This document shows positions 12,742 to 25,730 of a stretch of 64,000 nucleotides of DNA, piece by piece. The notes below the pieces were generated by a model, which searched no databases, was not told where the DNA came from, and saw only the letters and a program-made list of their open reading frames with translations. Positions within the stretch are counted from its first letter, which is position 1. Every line of letters starts with the position of its first letter. The translations under genes were made by a program, and so were the position numbers. Source of the stretch: Callorhinchus milii. Its lineage: Eukaryota. The stretch covers positions 25,420,001 to 25,484,000 of the forward strand of contig NW_024704742.1 in NCBI RefSeq assembly GCF_018977255.1. Reading direction: 5' to 3'.

Positions 12742-14645
12742 TGACTCTCACCCTGGTGTCTGGGCCTCTCTTCTCTCTGTGACTCTCACCCTGGTGTCTG
12801 GGCCTCTCCTCTCTCTCTGTGCTCTCACCCTGGTGTCTGGGCCTCTCTCTCTCTCTCTGTGACTCTCACCCTGGTGTCTGGGCCTCTCTCTCTCTCTCTC
12901 TGTGACTCTCACCCTGGTGTCTGGGCCTCTCTCTCTCTCTCTCTCTCTCTGTGACTCTCACCCTGGTGTCTGGGCCTCTCCCTCTCTCTCTGTGACTCTC
13001 ACCCTGGTGTCTGGGCCTCTCTCTCTCTCTCTCTGTGCCTCTCACCCTGGTGTCTGGGCCTCTCTCTCTCTCTCTGTGCCTCTCACCCTGGTGTCTGGGC
13101 CTCTCTCTCTCTTGTGACTCTCACCCTGGTGTCTGGGCCTCTCTCTCTCTCTCTGTGACTCTCACCCTGGTGTCTGGGCCTCTCTCTCTCTCTGTGACTC
13201 TCACCCTGGTGTCTGGGCCTCTCTCTCTCTGTGGCTCTCACCCTGGTGTCTGGGCCTCTCTCTCTCTGTGGCTCTCACCCTGGTGTCTGGGCCTCTCTCT
13301 CTCTCTGTGACTCTCACCCTGGTGTCTGGGCCTCTCTCTCTCTCTCTGTGACTCTCACCCTGGTGTCTGGGCCTCTCTCTCTCTCTCTCTTTCTCTCTGT
13401 GACTCTCACCCTGGTGTCTGGGCCTCTCTGGCTCTCTCTTCTGGCTCTCTCTCTCTGTGCTCTCACCCTGGTGTCTGGGCCTCTCTCTCTCTCTGTGACT
13501 CTCACCCTGGTGTCTGGGCCTCCTCTCTCTCTCTCTGTGACTCTCACCCTGGTGTCTGGGCCTCTCTCTCTCTCTGTGACTCTCACCCTGGTGTCTGGGC
13601 CTCTCTCTCTCTCTGTGACTCTCACCCTGGTGTCTGGGCCTCTCTCTCTCTCTCTCTGTGACTCTCACCCTGGTGTCTGGGCCTCTCTCTCTCTCTGTGA
13701 CTCTCACCCTGGTGTCTGGGCCTCTCTCTCCTCTCTCTCCTCTCTGTGACTCTCACCCTGGTGTCTGGGCCTCTCTCTCTCTCTCTGTGACTCTCACCCT
13801 GGTGTCTGGGCCTCTCTCTCTCTCTGTGACTCTCACCCTGGTGTCTGGGCCCTCTCTCTCTCTCTGTGACTCTCACCCTGGTGTCTGGGCCTCTCTCTCT
13901 CTCTGTGACTCTCACCCTGGTGTCTGGGCCTCTCTCTCTCTCTGTGACTCTCACCCTGGTGTCTGGGCCTCTCTCTCTCTCTGTGTGACTCTCACCCTGG
14001 TGTCTGGGCCTCTCTCTCTCTCTGTGACTCTCACCTGGTCTGGCCTCTCTCTCTGTGACTCTCACCCTGGTGTCTGGGCCTCTCTCTCTCTCTGTGACTC
14101 TCACCCTGGTGTCTGGGCCTCTCTCTCTCTCTGTGACTCTCACCCTGGTGTCTGGGCCTCTCTCTCTCTCTCTGTGACTCTCACCCTGGTGTCTGGCCTC
14201 TCTCTCCCTCTCCTCGTGTGACTCTCACCCTGGTGTCTGGGCCTCTCTCCTCTCTCTCTGTGACTCTCACCCTGGTGTCTGGGCCTCTCTCTCCTCTCTG
14301 TGACTCTCACCCTGGTGTCTGGGCCTCTCTCTCTCTCTCTCTCTTGTGACTCTCACCCTGGTGTCTGGGCCTCTCTTCTCTCTCTGTGACTCTCACCCTG
14401 GTGTCTGGGCCTCTCTCTCTCTCTCTGTGACTCTCCCCTGGTGTCTGGGCCTCTCTCTCTCTCTCTCTCTGTGACTCTCACCCTGGTGTCTGGGCCCTCT
14501 CCTCTCTCTCTTGACTCTCACCTGGTGTCTGGGCCCTCCTCTCTCTCCTCTGACTCTCACCCTGGTGTCTGGCCTCTCTCTCTCTCTGTGTGACTCTCAC
14601 CCTGTGTCTGGCCTCTCTCTCTCTCTGTGACTCTCACCCTGGTGT
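10790..14645. repeat. Composite minisatellite: constant GTGACTCTCACCCTGGTGTCTGGGC plus variable (CT)n, roughly 95-100 units
   Basis: Directly visible; includes N-gap 11010-11148. Unit count is estimated from span divided by unit length. Confidence 0.97.
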
Positions 14646-17314
14646 TGTTTTGTATAAGAATATCAATCAGTCAATCATCAAAATATTTAATTGCTGTTGT
14701 GAAATATTTTTGAATGATATTTTCTGGCTTATATTTCTCATAAGAAAATTGAATAATTTGAAATGAAATTTGGGATCATGGATTATAGGATGAAAGGTTT
14801 AGCCTGCCTATCTGCTTGTTTGGGATTTGGGAACAGTTGACTGAATTGAAATGAAGTGTTATACAGTTAAAGCATCTATTGCAAACCCCATGCACATAGC
14901 TGTTCCATTCACTCACTAGAAGTTTATTTTTGGCAAATTGTTCACTGGGATCGACCATGAACCTCTTATCACCCAAGGCCACCTCTGCCTGGTGTGCACT
15001 TGCCTTGATAATCTAGCATTGATTGCTATTGAAGGCGAGGAAATTGAAGAGTGAACTGTTGTTCAAGTTGCTTAGAAATCATTGTCTCTGATCTTTTAAA
15101 GGGGAATCGAAATGGCAGTACTTACTTCTTTTCTGTACTGCAAATAACTTCCTGGGGGAGTAGGGCGACATAATTGGGGTTTCCCTAGAGTTGAACGGTA
15201 TAGGGTCATTGCTGCACAAGTGGCGTGCCACGTGGTTAGCAATTTATATTCTTTTCTGTGTTCTTTGGTAACCTTGGGTTTTCCAATAATAATACCTTAA
15301 GAATTCTTTGAATCTCTAAATAAAACTAAATATGCAGTTCTTTAGCACACCTAAGGATATACAGCATGTCTTTTTACCTGCTCGTTATCAAGATTGAAGT
15401 TTTCATTCCTGCTTGGTCTGTTTGTCTTCTGATAGCCAAAGTTAATGATTTGCCACAAAGGATGGAAAAGCATGTGAAACAAACATATCAAGTGTAGCGT
15501 TTTGTAGACAATCCAGGTGCACTTTGCTGCATCTCAATCTTACTGAGAACCAGCCACATTACATTTTTTTGAAACTGATTCCCTCTTTCCAAACTAACAA
15601 AGCTGGCCACATGACGACACCAAATTAAGCACACTGATGAAATGTGAAATTACATCGTTAGCAAAAGGGTAAGAATTTTAAACAATGTCTCTTTGAATGT
15701 CTCAGATTGCACAACCTTTCCAGGTCATTTTCATCACATCCCCAGTAGACACCGGTTGAGTCATGTTGAAGGATTGCTGAACAAAACAAATGAAGAGGTC
15801 GAAAAGATGAGAGATTATGAAATGTGGGTTAATGCAGCAATACAGGAAATCATGAGACAAATTGTGCTACCGGGAATGGCTATTTGGAGGTTAGGATTAG
15901 ATTTGATTGTATCACTTAGGAAAGCATCTTATGTATCGAACAACTGGGTTTTTATTGATAGTAACTTTACCTACTGATTGCATATGAGTGATTGTTTTTT
16001 TTCAAATATCCACTTGTTACTTAATAAACAAAAACTATCAGCATTTATTAATACTATTCATTTATTTTCTTAAAAATATTTAGTCTTGCCCTCATTTTAC
16101 AGTATATGTGGGAAATGATTATTCACAACCCAAAAATTACAGTTTAACACTTATTATAACAAAATTGTAATACACACAAAGTAATCATTTTTGCATTTGA
16201 TATAGCTTCTTTCATGTCCGGAGGATGTCTCAAAGTACTTCCTAAAGAAAATTCCTATTTACATTCAGGAAATGTCAATACAAAAGGATTTTAAGGCTTG
16301 TTGATCAAAGATATCACATGATTCTGTGTCCTCACTTTTCATTGTTGTTTTCTATCCATGCCTTTTACCGAGGCTGACCCATGGGCATTTCTCTGCTGCT
16401 ATCAATGGTTCTCCATTGTTGCCGATAAGAAGCTCAATTTGTGAAAGAGGATAGTGTTTCATTTCTTTCCCATTCCAAGTTAGAGTCGGCATTATTCAGA
16501 GATATCCCATCTAAGAACTGGCCTCAGCTGAGAACTAGAAAAATAATACTAAATAAATAATTCCTTGCATTTGATATAACTCCATATCACATTGAAACAT
16601 CTCAATGTGCCTCGCAGAAGTTTTCTGTCAAGTGTAGTGATTGCATGTGTTAGATAAACCCACAGCTAATTAGTACACAGCAATGTCTCACAAACAGCCA
16701 CAAAGTGAATGATCTATTTTGTGTCTGGGGTGGGGGGTGGATAATTGTTGGCCAGAACATTGAGAAACTCCCTTTTCGAACAGTGCCATGGGACTTTTAA
16801 TGTTGACAGATGGGACTTTTGTTTAACATCTCATTTGAAGCAATTTGCCCACTGCAGTGCTCCCAACTGATATGGAACCTTAAATCCTTTTTCAACCCTC
16901 AGCTATCCTCCAGGCCCTACATCCAGAGTCTCATACACTTGGCTTTTCCTCAGCTCCACAATATTGCCCACTTCCACCACTATCTCTCCTTTGTGTGAAG
17001 GGCTTTGCAACATCCTCCCGACATGAAAGATATTATGTAAATGATTAATGACCCTATACAATTGATAGTGCCTTTTACATGGGGAGGATGTCCTAAAGCG
17101 CTCTGGTGGTGTTGATGTTGGGGCTCGTGTTGGGGTACTGGGGCTGGGGTGATGTTGATGTTGGGGCTGGTGTTGGGGTACTGGGTGTGATGGTGGGGTG
17201 TTGGGGTACTGGAGGTAATGATGGGGGTGTTGGGGGGCTGGGAGGTGATGGTGGTGTTGATGTTGGGACTGGTGTTGGGTTACTGGGGGTAATGGTGGGG
17301 GTGTTGTCCACCGG

Positions 17315-19075
17315 TTCAGTTCCCACCCCCGTAAAAACAACCGTCATCAACCCCATCTTGAAAAAACCTTCCCTGGACCCATCCCTCCTCTCCAGCTACC
17401 GCCCCATTCTCTAACCTCTCATTCCTCTCCAAGGTCCTGGAACAGTCATCGTGTCCCCGCTCCGCTCCTTTCTTTTTCGTCATTCCCTCTTTGAACCCCT
17501 CCAATCTGGCTTCCGCGCTGCCCACTGGTCAAAGTCACTAATGATATTCTGAACATCTGTGATCAGGGCTCCCTCTGCCTCCTTGTCCTCCTCGACCTCT
17601 CTGCCGCCTTCGACACTGTCGACCACTCCAACCTCATACACCGTCTCTCCAATTTAATCTTCGCGGACCTGCTCTTGCCTGGTTCGATTCCTATCTCTCT
17701 CACCGTCTGCACTTTGTTGCCTCTAACGGTTTCTCCTCCAGCCCCCACACTGTCACATCTGGTGTCCCCCAGGGCTCTGTCCTTGGCCTTTTCCTCTTTA
17801 ATATCTACATGCACCCCCTTGGTGACATCATCTGCAGACATGGGGTCAACTTCCACAGGGTGCTGGGGTGTTGGGGGGGGTGTTGGGGGTTGCTCTTTGA
17901 CCGTGCCTTCAGCTCCCCTCTCGACTCTCTACCCCCTCCTCGCTCCCTCCCTCCCCTCACCTTGACCATTTCCCCCCTGCTCGGGTCCTGACCCAACTGT
18001 ACAGTGCCTTGGGACGTCCTCCTGACGTGAAAGGCGCTCTATAAATGGAATCTTGTTGTTGTTTGTTGCTGGGGTGGGGTGTTGGGGAGTTGTTGGGGGG
18101 GTGTTGGGGGGGTGTTGGGGTGGGTGTTGNNNNNNNNNNNNNNNNNNNNNNNNNGTTGTTGGGTGTTGGGGTGGTGTTGGGGTGTTGGAGGGGGTGTTGG
18201 GGGGTGTTGGGGTGTTGGGTGTTGGGGGGGATTGGGGTGTTGGGGCGGGTGTTGGGGTTGGGGGGGTGCTGGGGGGGGTGGTTGGGGGGGGTGCTGTGGG
18301 GAGTTGGGTGGGTGTTGGGGGGGTGTTAGTGTTAGGGTGTTGGTGTTGGGGGTTGTTGGGGGGTGTTGGGGGGTGTTGGGAGAAGTGTTGGGGTGTTGCT
18401 GTTCGGGGGGGTGTTGGTGTTGGGGGGTGTTGGTGTTGGGGGGTGGGTGTTGGTGTTGGGGGGTGTTGGGGAGGGGTGTTGGGGTGTTGGTGTTGGGGGG
18501 GTGTTGGTGTTAGGGTGTTGGTGTTGGGGGGTTGTTGGGGTGGGGGAAGTGTTGGGGTGTTGCTGTTGGGGTGTGGTGTTGGTGTTGGGGTGGTGTTGGG
18601 GTGGGTGTTGGTGTTGGGGTGGTGTTGGTGTTGGGGGTGTTGGGGTGTTGGTGTTGGGGGGAGGTGTTGGGGGCGGTTGGTGTTGGTGGGGTGTTGGTGT
18701 TGGGGTGGGGTGTTGGGGGGGTGTTGCGAAAAACCGAGGCCCTCCTGATTGGCTCACGTCAGCGCCTCCGCACCTCAGGCGCTGACACCATCAGCATCCA
18801 ATGCTGCACTCTCCACCTCTCAAAGCCGGTCAGGAACCTCGGGGTTCTGTTCGACCCTGAGCTGTCCTTTCTTCCTCACATCCGCACCACAACTGGCACC
18901 GCCTTCCATCACCTCCGGAACATCGCCAGACTACGCCACTACCTCACCCCTCACGCTGCTGAAACACTGGTTCACGCCTTTATCACCTCAAGGCTGGACT
19001 ATGGGAACTCTCTCCTCGCCGGCCTTCCGCCACCTCCCTCCACAAGCTGCAGGTCATTCAGAACTCTGCAGCTCG
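17315..19075 (+). mobile_element. Rearranged L2 LINE ORF2/RT and 3' UTR fragments interleaved with G-rich arrays
   Basis: RT motifs [33 protein letters not shown] (17315-17857); 3' UTR and tail at 17892-18060; VRNLGVLFD..HAFITSRLDYGNSLLAG at 18728-19075. Confidence 0.9.
18060..18727. repeat. G-rich (GGTGTTGGG)-type array; a similar array lies at 17105-17306
   Basis: Directly visible; contains N-gap 18130-18154. Confidence 0.9.
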
Positions 19076-19189
19076 AAAATCTTTCCAAAGCAATGATTAA
19101 TATTAGCGGTGTTGATAGAGGCACTTTGGCAAAGTTAACAATAAATTTGTTTCTGGTTACAGTTCATTATTGTGATTGTATTCATCATG

Positions 19190-19620
19190 TGTGTCATCCT
19201 GGCTCAGTGGTGGCACTCGTACCTGAGTCAGAAGGTTGTAGGTTCAAGTCCCACCTCGGGACTTCGAATCACATTGTCTAAGGTGACATTCCAATGCTGC
19301 GCTGGGGGGGCCAACCTTTGGATGAGTCGTTAAACCGAGACCCCCATCTGCCTGTTCAGATGGACGTCAAAGATGCCGTGATTTTAGTTTCTCCCAATGT
19401 CCTAAAATTGGTCACTCACTCCATAGCTGTTTATGGGACAACAAGAACTTGCACTTTTATAGCACCCTTCACGCGGGGTAGCATCCTGAGGGCTTAAATT
19501 GCTATGCACAACTGGCTGCCGTTTCATCTGCAAAATAGTAAAAAGAAACATTTATTGTAAATCCTGTGAAGCGCCATGAGATATCTCGACAACGTGATAA
19601 TGCAAGGATTATTATTATCA
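19190..19620 (+). mobile_element. Deu-domain tRNA SINE
   Basis: Head TGGCTCAGTGG...GGTTCAAGTCCC; core GGATGAGTCGTTAAACCGAGACCCC...GATGGACGTCAAAGATGCCGTG; shared tail. Confidence 0.75.
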
Positions 19621-19657
19621 TCTAACTAATTACATAGAATTCTTACACAGTTACCCG

Positions 19658-20424
19658 AACAATAAAATTGCATTTGTATAGCGCGTTTCATATTGGGAGG
19701 ATGTCCCAGGGCGCTGGACAATCAAGTGTTTCAGACATGAGCTGGGGGCTGGGATCGGGGATGACGGGGGTGGAGAGGCTAGGAGAGTGACCGAAGGCAC
19801 GGTCGAAGAGGCGGATCTTGATACAGATCTTGAAGGAGGCGAGGGAAGGGTGAGGCGGAGGGACTTCGGGATGGAGTTCCAAAGGGTGGGTGCAGAGTGG
19901 ATGAAGGCCCGCCTGCCAATGGTGGGGCGGACTAGGAGGGGGATGTAAAGCAGGCTGGAGCTTGCTGAGTGGAGGGAGCGGCCAGGTTGGTAGGGGGTTA
20001 GGAGGTCGCAGAGGTGGGGAGGGGAAAGGCCATGGAGGGCTTTGAAAGTGAGGATCAGGATCTTGAACTGTATCCTCTGTGTGATGGAAAGCCACTGGAA
20101 TCGATCAAGGATGGGGGTGATAGGGTCTCGCTATCCACCAGTTTCTGTTGTGGGAGAGGACACGGGCTGCAGAGTTCTGGATGATCTGCAACCTATGGAG
20201 GCAGGAGTTGGGGAGGCCGACAAGCTGAGTTCCTGGATGTTATGAATGCGTGTATGAGGGTCTCGGCGGCCTGCGGTGTGAAAAAGACGGGGAGCCGGGC
20301 GATGTTGCGGAGGTGGGGGAAGGCAGAGCAGATCATGGCATGGATGTGAGGTAGAAAGGACAGTTGAGGGTCAAACAAGGCGCCAAGGTTCCAGACTGGC
20401 TCGGTGAGGTGAAGTGTGCAACCT
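19658..20424 (-). mobile_element. 5'-truncated L2 LINE (end of RT plus 3' UTR and tail)
   Basis: Minus-strand translation WNLGALFDPQLSFLPHI..HLRNIARL..AETLIHAFITS; tail hairpin at 19670-19720. Confidence 0.9.
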
Positions 20425-20855
20425 TGGATGAACACCCTCATAATTTTAAAGATTTGCATTGGGTTTCCCTGCAACCTTCTCTGTTCCAGCAAAAATAGAC
20501 TCAGCTCCTCCAATCTCTACTTGTAGGAAAATTCACTCATTCATGGCTTTATACTAGTAAATTGCCTCTGAACCCTTTCTATATACCTCACATCCTTCCT
20601 AAAAGGGGGTAACCAAACTAACTGCAGTCTAATAACATTCAACTACAAACCACAGTCAAAAAACATTACAGAAAAACCTCTGAAGTGCTTTGAGACTTTT
20701 CAAGGACATCATAAAGCACTATATCAAATGCAAGAACGATTATTGTTTATAGAACTTAAGCATCTCCTCATTTCTTTTGTATTCTATGCCCCTATTTATA
20801 AAACCTAGAATCCCATTGGCTTTCTTGACAGCTTTATCTATCTGCCTCCCCTCCA
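20425..20855 (-). mobile_element. CR1 LINE ORF2 C-terminal fragment, interrupted by a SINE tail
   Basis: ELSLFLLEQRRLQGNPMQIFKIM resembles the CR1 motif LFSLExRRLRGDLIxxFKI. Confidence 0.75.
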
Positions 20856-23127
20856 TTAAATATTTCTCTGCTGTTCTGTTGCACAATTCGGACATGGGCT
20901 GCAATCACCACACTCTCCAGTCATTTACTGAACAAATCACCATGGCACTCAAATTGAAAGGCGAGATCCAAGCATTTCATGCACTGGACAAAATGTACAT
21001 TGCAAAACAAAACAAATTGAAAATGTGCATCGTGCAGATCACACGTGAAGAACAAGGCTTGAGCGAGGAACCTGGAATCCCTAGAGCTGTACCAAGGTAT
21101 CACTTAACAGAGTGGAGAAAATTAGAATCAAGCTTATTAAGTAAACAAGTTCTAAAAACATAGAATTTCAAATTTAAGCATGAGTAGTTTTTAGTTATGG
21201 ATCAAAGTTACATGAATAATAATTTGAGTAGATTGTTACCGCAATATTAGAGTTTACTGCTGTGTACCAATGCAGGGGCTGAAAATTTACAAAACCACAG
21301 CTTTGGGGAGGCACTGAAAATAGAAGAACTTGGTAACTGTCAAGTTTAGAAAAAAATATCCTTTATTATATTCAAACCCATTTCAAACAAGGATGAAGAC
21401 AAATTCTGAACAGTGTTTATGCACATAGTAAAAGGTAACAATGAGGAAAACAAAACATTTTGCTGGACATCAGTTTCACAACTCTCTCATATTCTCCTCC
21501 AAATATTTTAAATTCCCCAAATCCACATACTGAAACGCAGCATTTCTTCTTTTTGCCTGGAATGTAATAATTTATCTTGCAATATTTGGTAAATGACAGT
21601 GAAAGTTACATTTAAACAAGTGAAAATGTAGTAACCTACAAATAAACAATCATTATACTTTACAGTAAATCCTGTGAGTATATTATTAGGATTATGATTT
21701 TTTTTGTCTCAATTACAATGGCTCAATCATCCAACAGTAAAACTCACAAACGACCCTTGTTAAAAACTCATTCACACGAGTGCAGTTTGTGCATTAAGTC
21801 TGCTCTCATAAATTTATTTTCTGTGCAAAAGTTTTTGTGCTGGTTGGTGTGTGGTAACGGTATAGCTAAATATTTTAGCTCTGATTGTCTACTATTGGAA
21901 AGCTACCCACCAGTTTCTTTTGGAAAGGCTGCATTGCAAATTTAGATTTCATATTAGATTTTCTAAGACATAGCACTCCACAGCTCCCAATTTTCCCTCA
22001 AAGCGAATCACTGTTATTGTAAGAAATCTTCCAGTGATATTGCTGGTTTGATCTCATCAATTCTTTTGATCATTCCACATCAGGATTAAAAATAAAGGGG
22101 ATGCAAGCAGCAACAGACATCTTTCCAATACAATCTTGTGGAGCAGTCAGTGGCCAACAACTAGTCGTTAAGCCTACATTGGTCAACAATGCCCCCCAAA
22201 AAATTGGTCATTGACTTCAAGGCTGTTTGTCGGACTTTGCTGGGCGCAAACTGATTGCCACATATTCTGGAAGACTGGAATCCTGGAAAATGTCTTTTTC
22301 AAACCTCTGGTTTAATGGCCCATATTGGCCAATGCAGCGAGATAGAAGATCTTCGTATTGTTGAAAATCAGAGCTTTGCAAAAAGGTGGAAACAATAAAT
22401 GTTTACTGTAGTGGTGGAGGTGGTGGACACCACAATGGCATCACCAGACAACAACGAACAACACGCCTTATATTTGTTATAGCGCCTTAACATGTCAAGA
22501 GCATCTTTCAGAGAGCTTCAGAATTTACCGTGAAGTTCAATGACTATATATTTGTAAGTATATAATCTATAATTTAAATTTTCTCAAACTGCAAGCAAAG
22601 TAAACTGTCCTGGAAGAATTGTTGTGACTATAATAACTGTTTAACCCAAGTAACCTTAGTCAACTGCTGGCCAATGCAAACCATGTATTACTTTAGCATT
22701 TTTAATCACCTAACACAAGTGATCAAACTATATATAATTTGGAAAGTATATTTTTAATCTCTTAATCTGAAAATATGAATTTAATACATATAATTGTCCA
22801 AATGGTTACAATATACATGCAGATCCTAAATTGTTTTGTTGTATAAATGTTTTTAAAAAATTCGAAATACTAGGTTGGAAAGGAGGCAAACTCTTGCAAA
22901 ACATGTAAAAATAGGATTTGTTTTTAAACATGGAGAATCTCAGAAGCGCAGTAAAGTACAGTTAAATTACCTAAATCAATGGTACAAATTTATCATCAGA
23001 TTTCAAAAAATGCCTAAAATCCAAAGTCAGACAGAAAACAGGAGAGCAATTTCCATCAACATGCAGTCCAGCTATTTTACCCTCTCAACAAGCATAAGGT
23101 CCAACAGCAGTTTAGTTGTATAAAATT

Positions 23128-23265
23128 TTACTGTACAAGTTTCACTTTATCTTTCAAAAGTCTAAATTTGGGATTACTGCTTATCTTCTTGTTGAAGGTT
23201 GCCAGGAGTTGCTCCTCGGACTTGAAGTTACTGTTACCACACACGGCATAATACTGGGACATTAC
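23128..23265 (-). CDS. LYAR: LYAR last coding exon
   Basis: Reads VMSQYYAVCGNSNFKSEEQLLATFNKKISSNPKFRLLKDKVKLVQ*, matching the LYAR C-terminus; acceptor ttgcag. Confidence 0.96.
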   Translation of the reverse strand, partial: VMSQYYAVCGNSNFKSEEQLLATFNKKISSNPKFRLLKDKVKLVQ

Positions 23266-23644
23266 CTGCAAGAGTTCAGATGAAATCATAAGCGAGAGAT
23301 TTCCAGATTGCAATCTTGGCAATTGTAGCACAGAAGGAGGTCACACAGACTATCCATCCAACTCCTCCACCGGAGCCAACTACTCTCATCCCAAATGTTT
23401 TCCCCATCTACACTCCTCTTCAAACATTTATCCAATTCCCTTTTAAATGTTATGATGTTATGGTCTTAGTCTTGATTGCCGATTGTGGCACAGTATTCCA
23501 TATTCCAATGACTGTGTAAAAATGTTTCTTTTAACCCCCCCCAACTATTTCAGCTAATCCCGATTTTACATTCTAGCACCATAAAAAAAACAATTTTAAC
23601 TATTTAAATTGCAACAAATATTACATGATGTGTGATGTAGACTA

Positions 23645-24222
23645 ATCGGCCTTCCCGGCACCTCCCTCCACAAGCTGCAGGTCATTCAGAACTCTGCAGC
23701 TCGTGTACTGTCCCGCACCAGGCTTCGCGACCACATCACTCCCACCCTCGCTCGCCTCCACTGGCTCCCCATCCCCCAGAGGATTGAATTCAAGATCCTC
23801 ATCCTCACCTTTAAGGCCATCCACGGCCTTGCTCCCTCCTACCTCTCCGACCTACTATCCCCCTACTTACCTGTCCGTACCCTCCGTTCCTCTGACTCTG
23901 GTCTGCTCCACATCCCCGCCCAACCGCCCTACCATCGGTGGTCGGGCCTTCAGCCTCTCAGCCCCGAGGCTCTGGAACTCCATCCCCCAGTACCTTCGCA
24001 GCCTCCTCCCTTTCCTCCTTCAAGGCCGGTCTCAAGACCTTTCTCTTCAACCGTGCCTTCAGCTCCCCTCTCGACTCTCTACCCCCTCCTCGCTCCCTCC
24101 CTTCCCTCCCCTCACCCTGACCATTTCCCCCCAATGCTCAGGTCCCGACCCAACTGTCCAGCGCCTTGGGATGTCCTCCCGACGTGAAAGGCGCTCTATA
24201 AATGCAATCTTGTTGTTGTTGT
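23645..24222 (+). mobile_element. 5'-truncated L2 LINE 3' end with (TTG)n tail
   Basis: KLQVIQNSAAR..HITPTLARLHWLP..GGRAFSLSAPRLWNS..FKAGLKTFLF, followed by the hairpin tail and TTGTTGTTG. Confidence 0.92.
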
Positions 24223-24378
24223 AATCATTAGAAGAACCAAAAACCAAATAGACACAAAACGTGATTCTACAACCACAATTTCACATGGTCTATCTTGATA
24301 TCACTACATTAAATGCCATGTTTACACAGCTGCAATAGATTTTTTTTATTTAAAAAAAGAAGCTGAAACAGAACATAC

Positions 24379-24464
24379 CTTCTTTCTTAGTCTTTTAACA
24401 GGTAGTTCTTGGTCTGAAGATTGCTGTAGCACAGAACTGATGGTCTTTTTCCAGTTGAATTTTT
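24379..24464 (-). CDS. LYAR: LYAR coding exon 7
   Basis: 86 nt, AG/GT bounded; reads KFNWKKTISSVLQQSSDQELPVKRLRKK. Confidence 0.95.
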
Positions 24465-24692
24465 CTGAAGTAAAATACAGTCAGTTGATGAAACAATATA
24501 AATTTCAAAGATACACAGATAGTGTTTTTAAAAAAAAGTTTTGCATTTCCAACAAACATCTTAACAAACGCGCAGTAGGTTAAAAATAAACACACCTGCA
24601 GACAAAATCAGTTATTGAGTTTCGGGTGAGATTGAAAGCAAACTCCTATTGGCTTTCTGATGATTATTATCATCATCATCATCAATAAATAC

Positions 24693-24770
24693 CTTGCTTT
24701 TCTTCATCACTTTCCTTCACTTCCTCAGTTTCAGTAACTTCAGCTTTCTTCTGTTTGGATTTGGGCTCAT
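24693..24770 (-). CDS. LYAR: LYAR coding exon 6
   Basis: 78 nt, phase 1-1; reads DEPKSKQKKAEVTETEEVKESDEEKQ. Confidence 0.85.
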
Positions 24771-25344
24771 CTGTTTCATGCAGAAATTGAATGACAACAG
24801 CAAGTCACAAGGCTGTTTGTGGAAAAAGACAGCAGCTCTCCATAGTAGGCTGCACAATGAAAAGCAGGATGATTCTGGACAATTATACCGACAATAGTTA
24901 ATAACAGGTGTGGGAATCTTTAACAGCAACATGTACCCAAGCAGTTTTCACATACAGGAATTCATCTCATTCAAGATCGTAGCATGTTGTTTCACTGTGC
25001 TGAAAATTCAAAGGTTTTGTGTTGTGTTAATCAAGGTCAGAATTCAGGACGTTTTCCTTTATTAATTTGATGACACTTTTACATTACGAGGCAACTCCTC
25101 ACGGTTCCTTTTCCTGGTGTTGGATTTTCCAAAACCCTATTTGGTCTTCTGGTTCATCCACGTTCAGGAGTTCAGACTTTTCATTAGGGAATTGGGACTT
25201 ATGGATCACGGACGCAAGCGCTCATTTCCAGCTGTGCGAAGCCAGTGTTAAGGTCCACACATCACTACTATCGATTTAATCCAAACACAAATTGAAAGGA
25301 TTGAATTGTTTACACAGTTTATAGGCTAAGTACTACACAAATAT

Positions 25345-25660
25345 GGAGTCCTGTAGCTCAGTGGTTAGTGCACTCGCTTTGCAAGCGAGAGACCTGGGTT
25401 CGATTCCCGGCAGGGTGAAACCTTGGGCAAGTTTCCTTACTGCACACGGCTGATAATAATCCCTCCAAAACAAAACAATAATAAATTGGTCATTTTCAAT
25501 CCACGACTGTTTGTGGGACACTGCTGTGCGCAATTGGCTGCCGCGTTTCGCCCACAAATATATAGTCAATTCACTTTATAGTTTATTCTGTGAAGCGCTT
25601 TGAGATGTATAGAAGACGTAAAAAGCGCTATATCAAATGCAAGGATTATAAGGATTATAA
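25345..25660 (+). mobile_element. Full-length tRNA-Ala SINE
   Basis: Same architecture as the 6029 copy; anticodon loop contains TGC. Confidence 0.9.
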
Positions 25661-25730
25661 ATATATTGTGGTTTGGAGTCAACAATTATTCATATTCTTC
25701 TCTTACAGGATAGAAGCCCTAATTACCCAC

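Noticed and set aside
10538-14221. Many repetitive ORFs (TLTLVSGPLSL, GPDTRVRVTERE)
   Set aside because: Frame-shifting translations of the satellite.
10790-14645. CRISPR-like constant-repeat/variable-spacer pattern
   Set aside because: The spacers are only (CT)n length variants with no unique sequence, there are no cas genes, and the context is vertebrate.
16490-16540. 5S rRNA-derived SINE head
   Set aside because: The similarity (TCCCATCTAAGAACTGGCC) is too short and degenerate to support a call.
24940-25290. Coding-looking or snoRNA-like stretch in a LYAR intron
   Set aside because: Stop codon soon after the only plausible acceptor, no canonical C/D or H/ACA boxes, and the LYAR CDS is complete without it.
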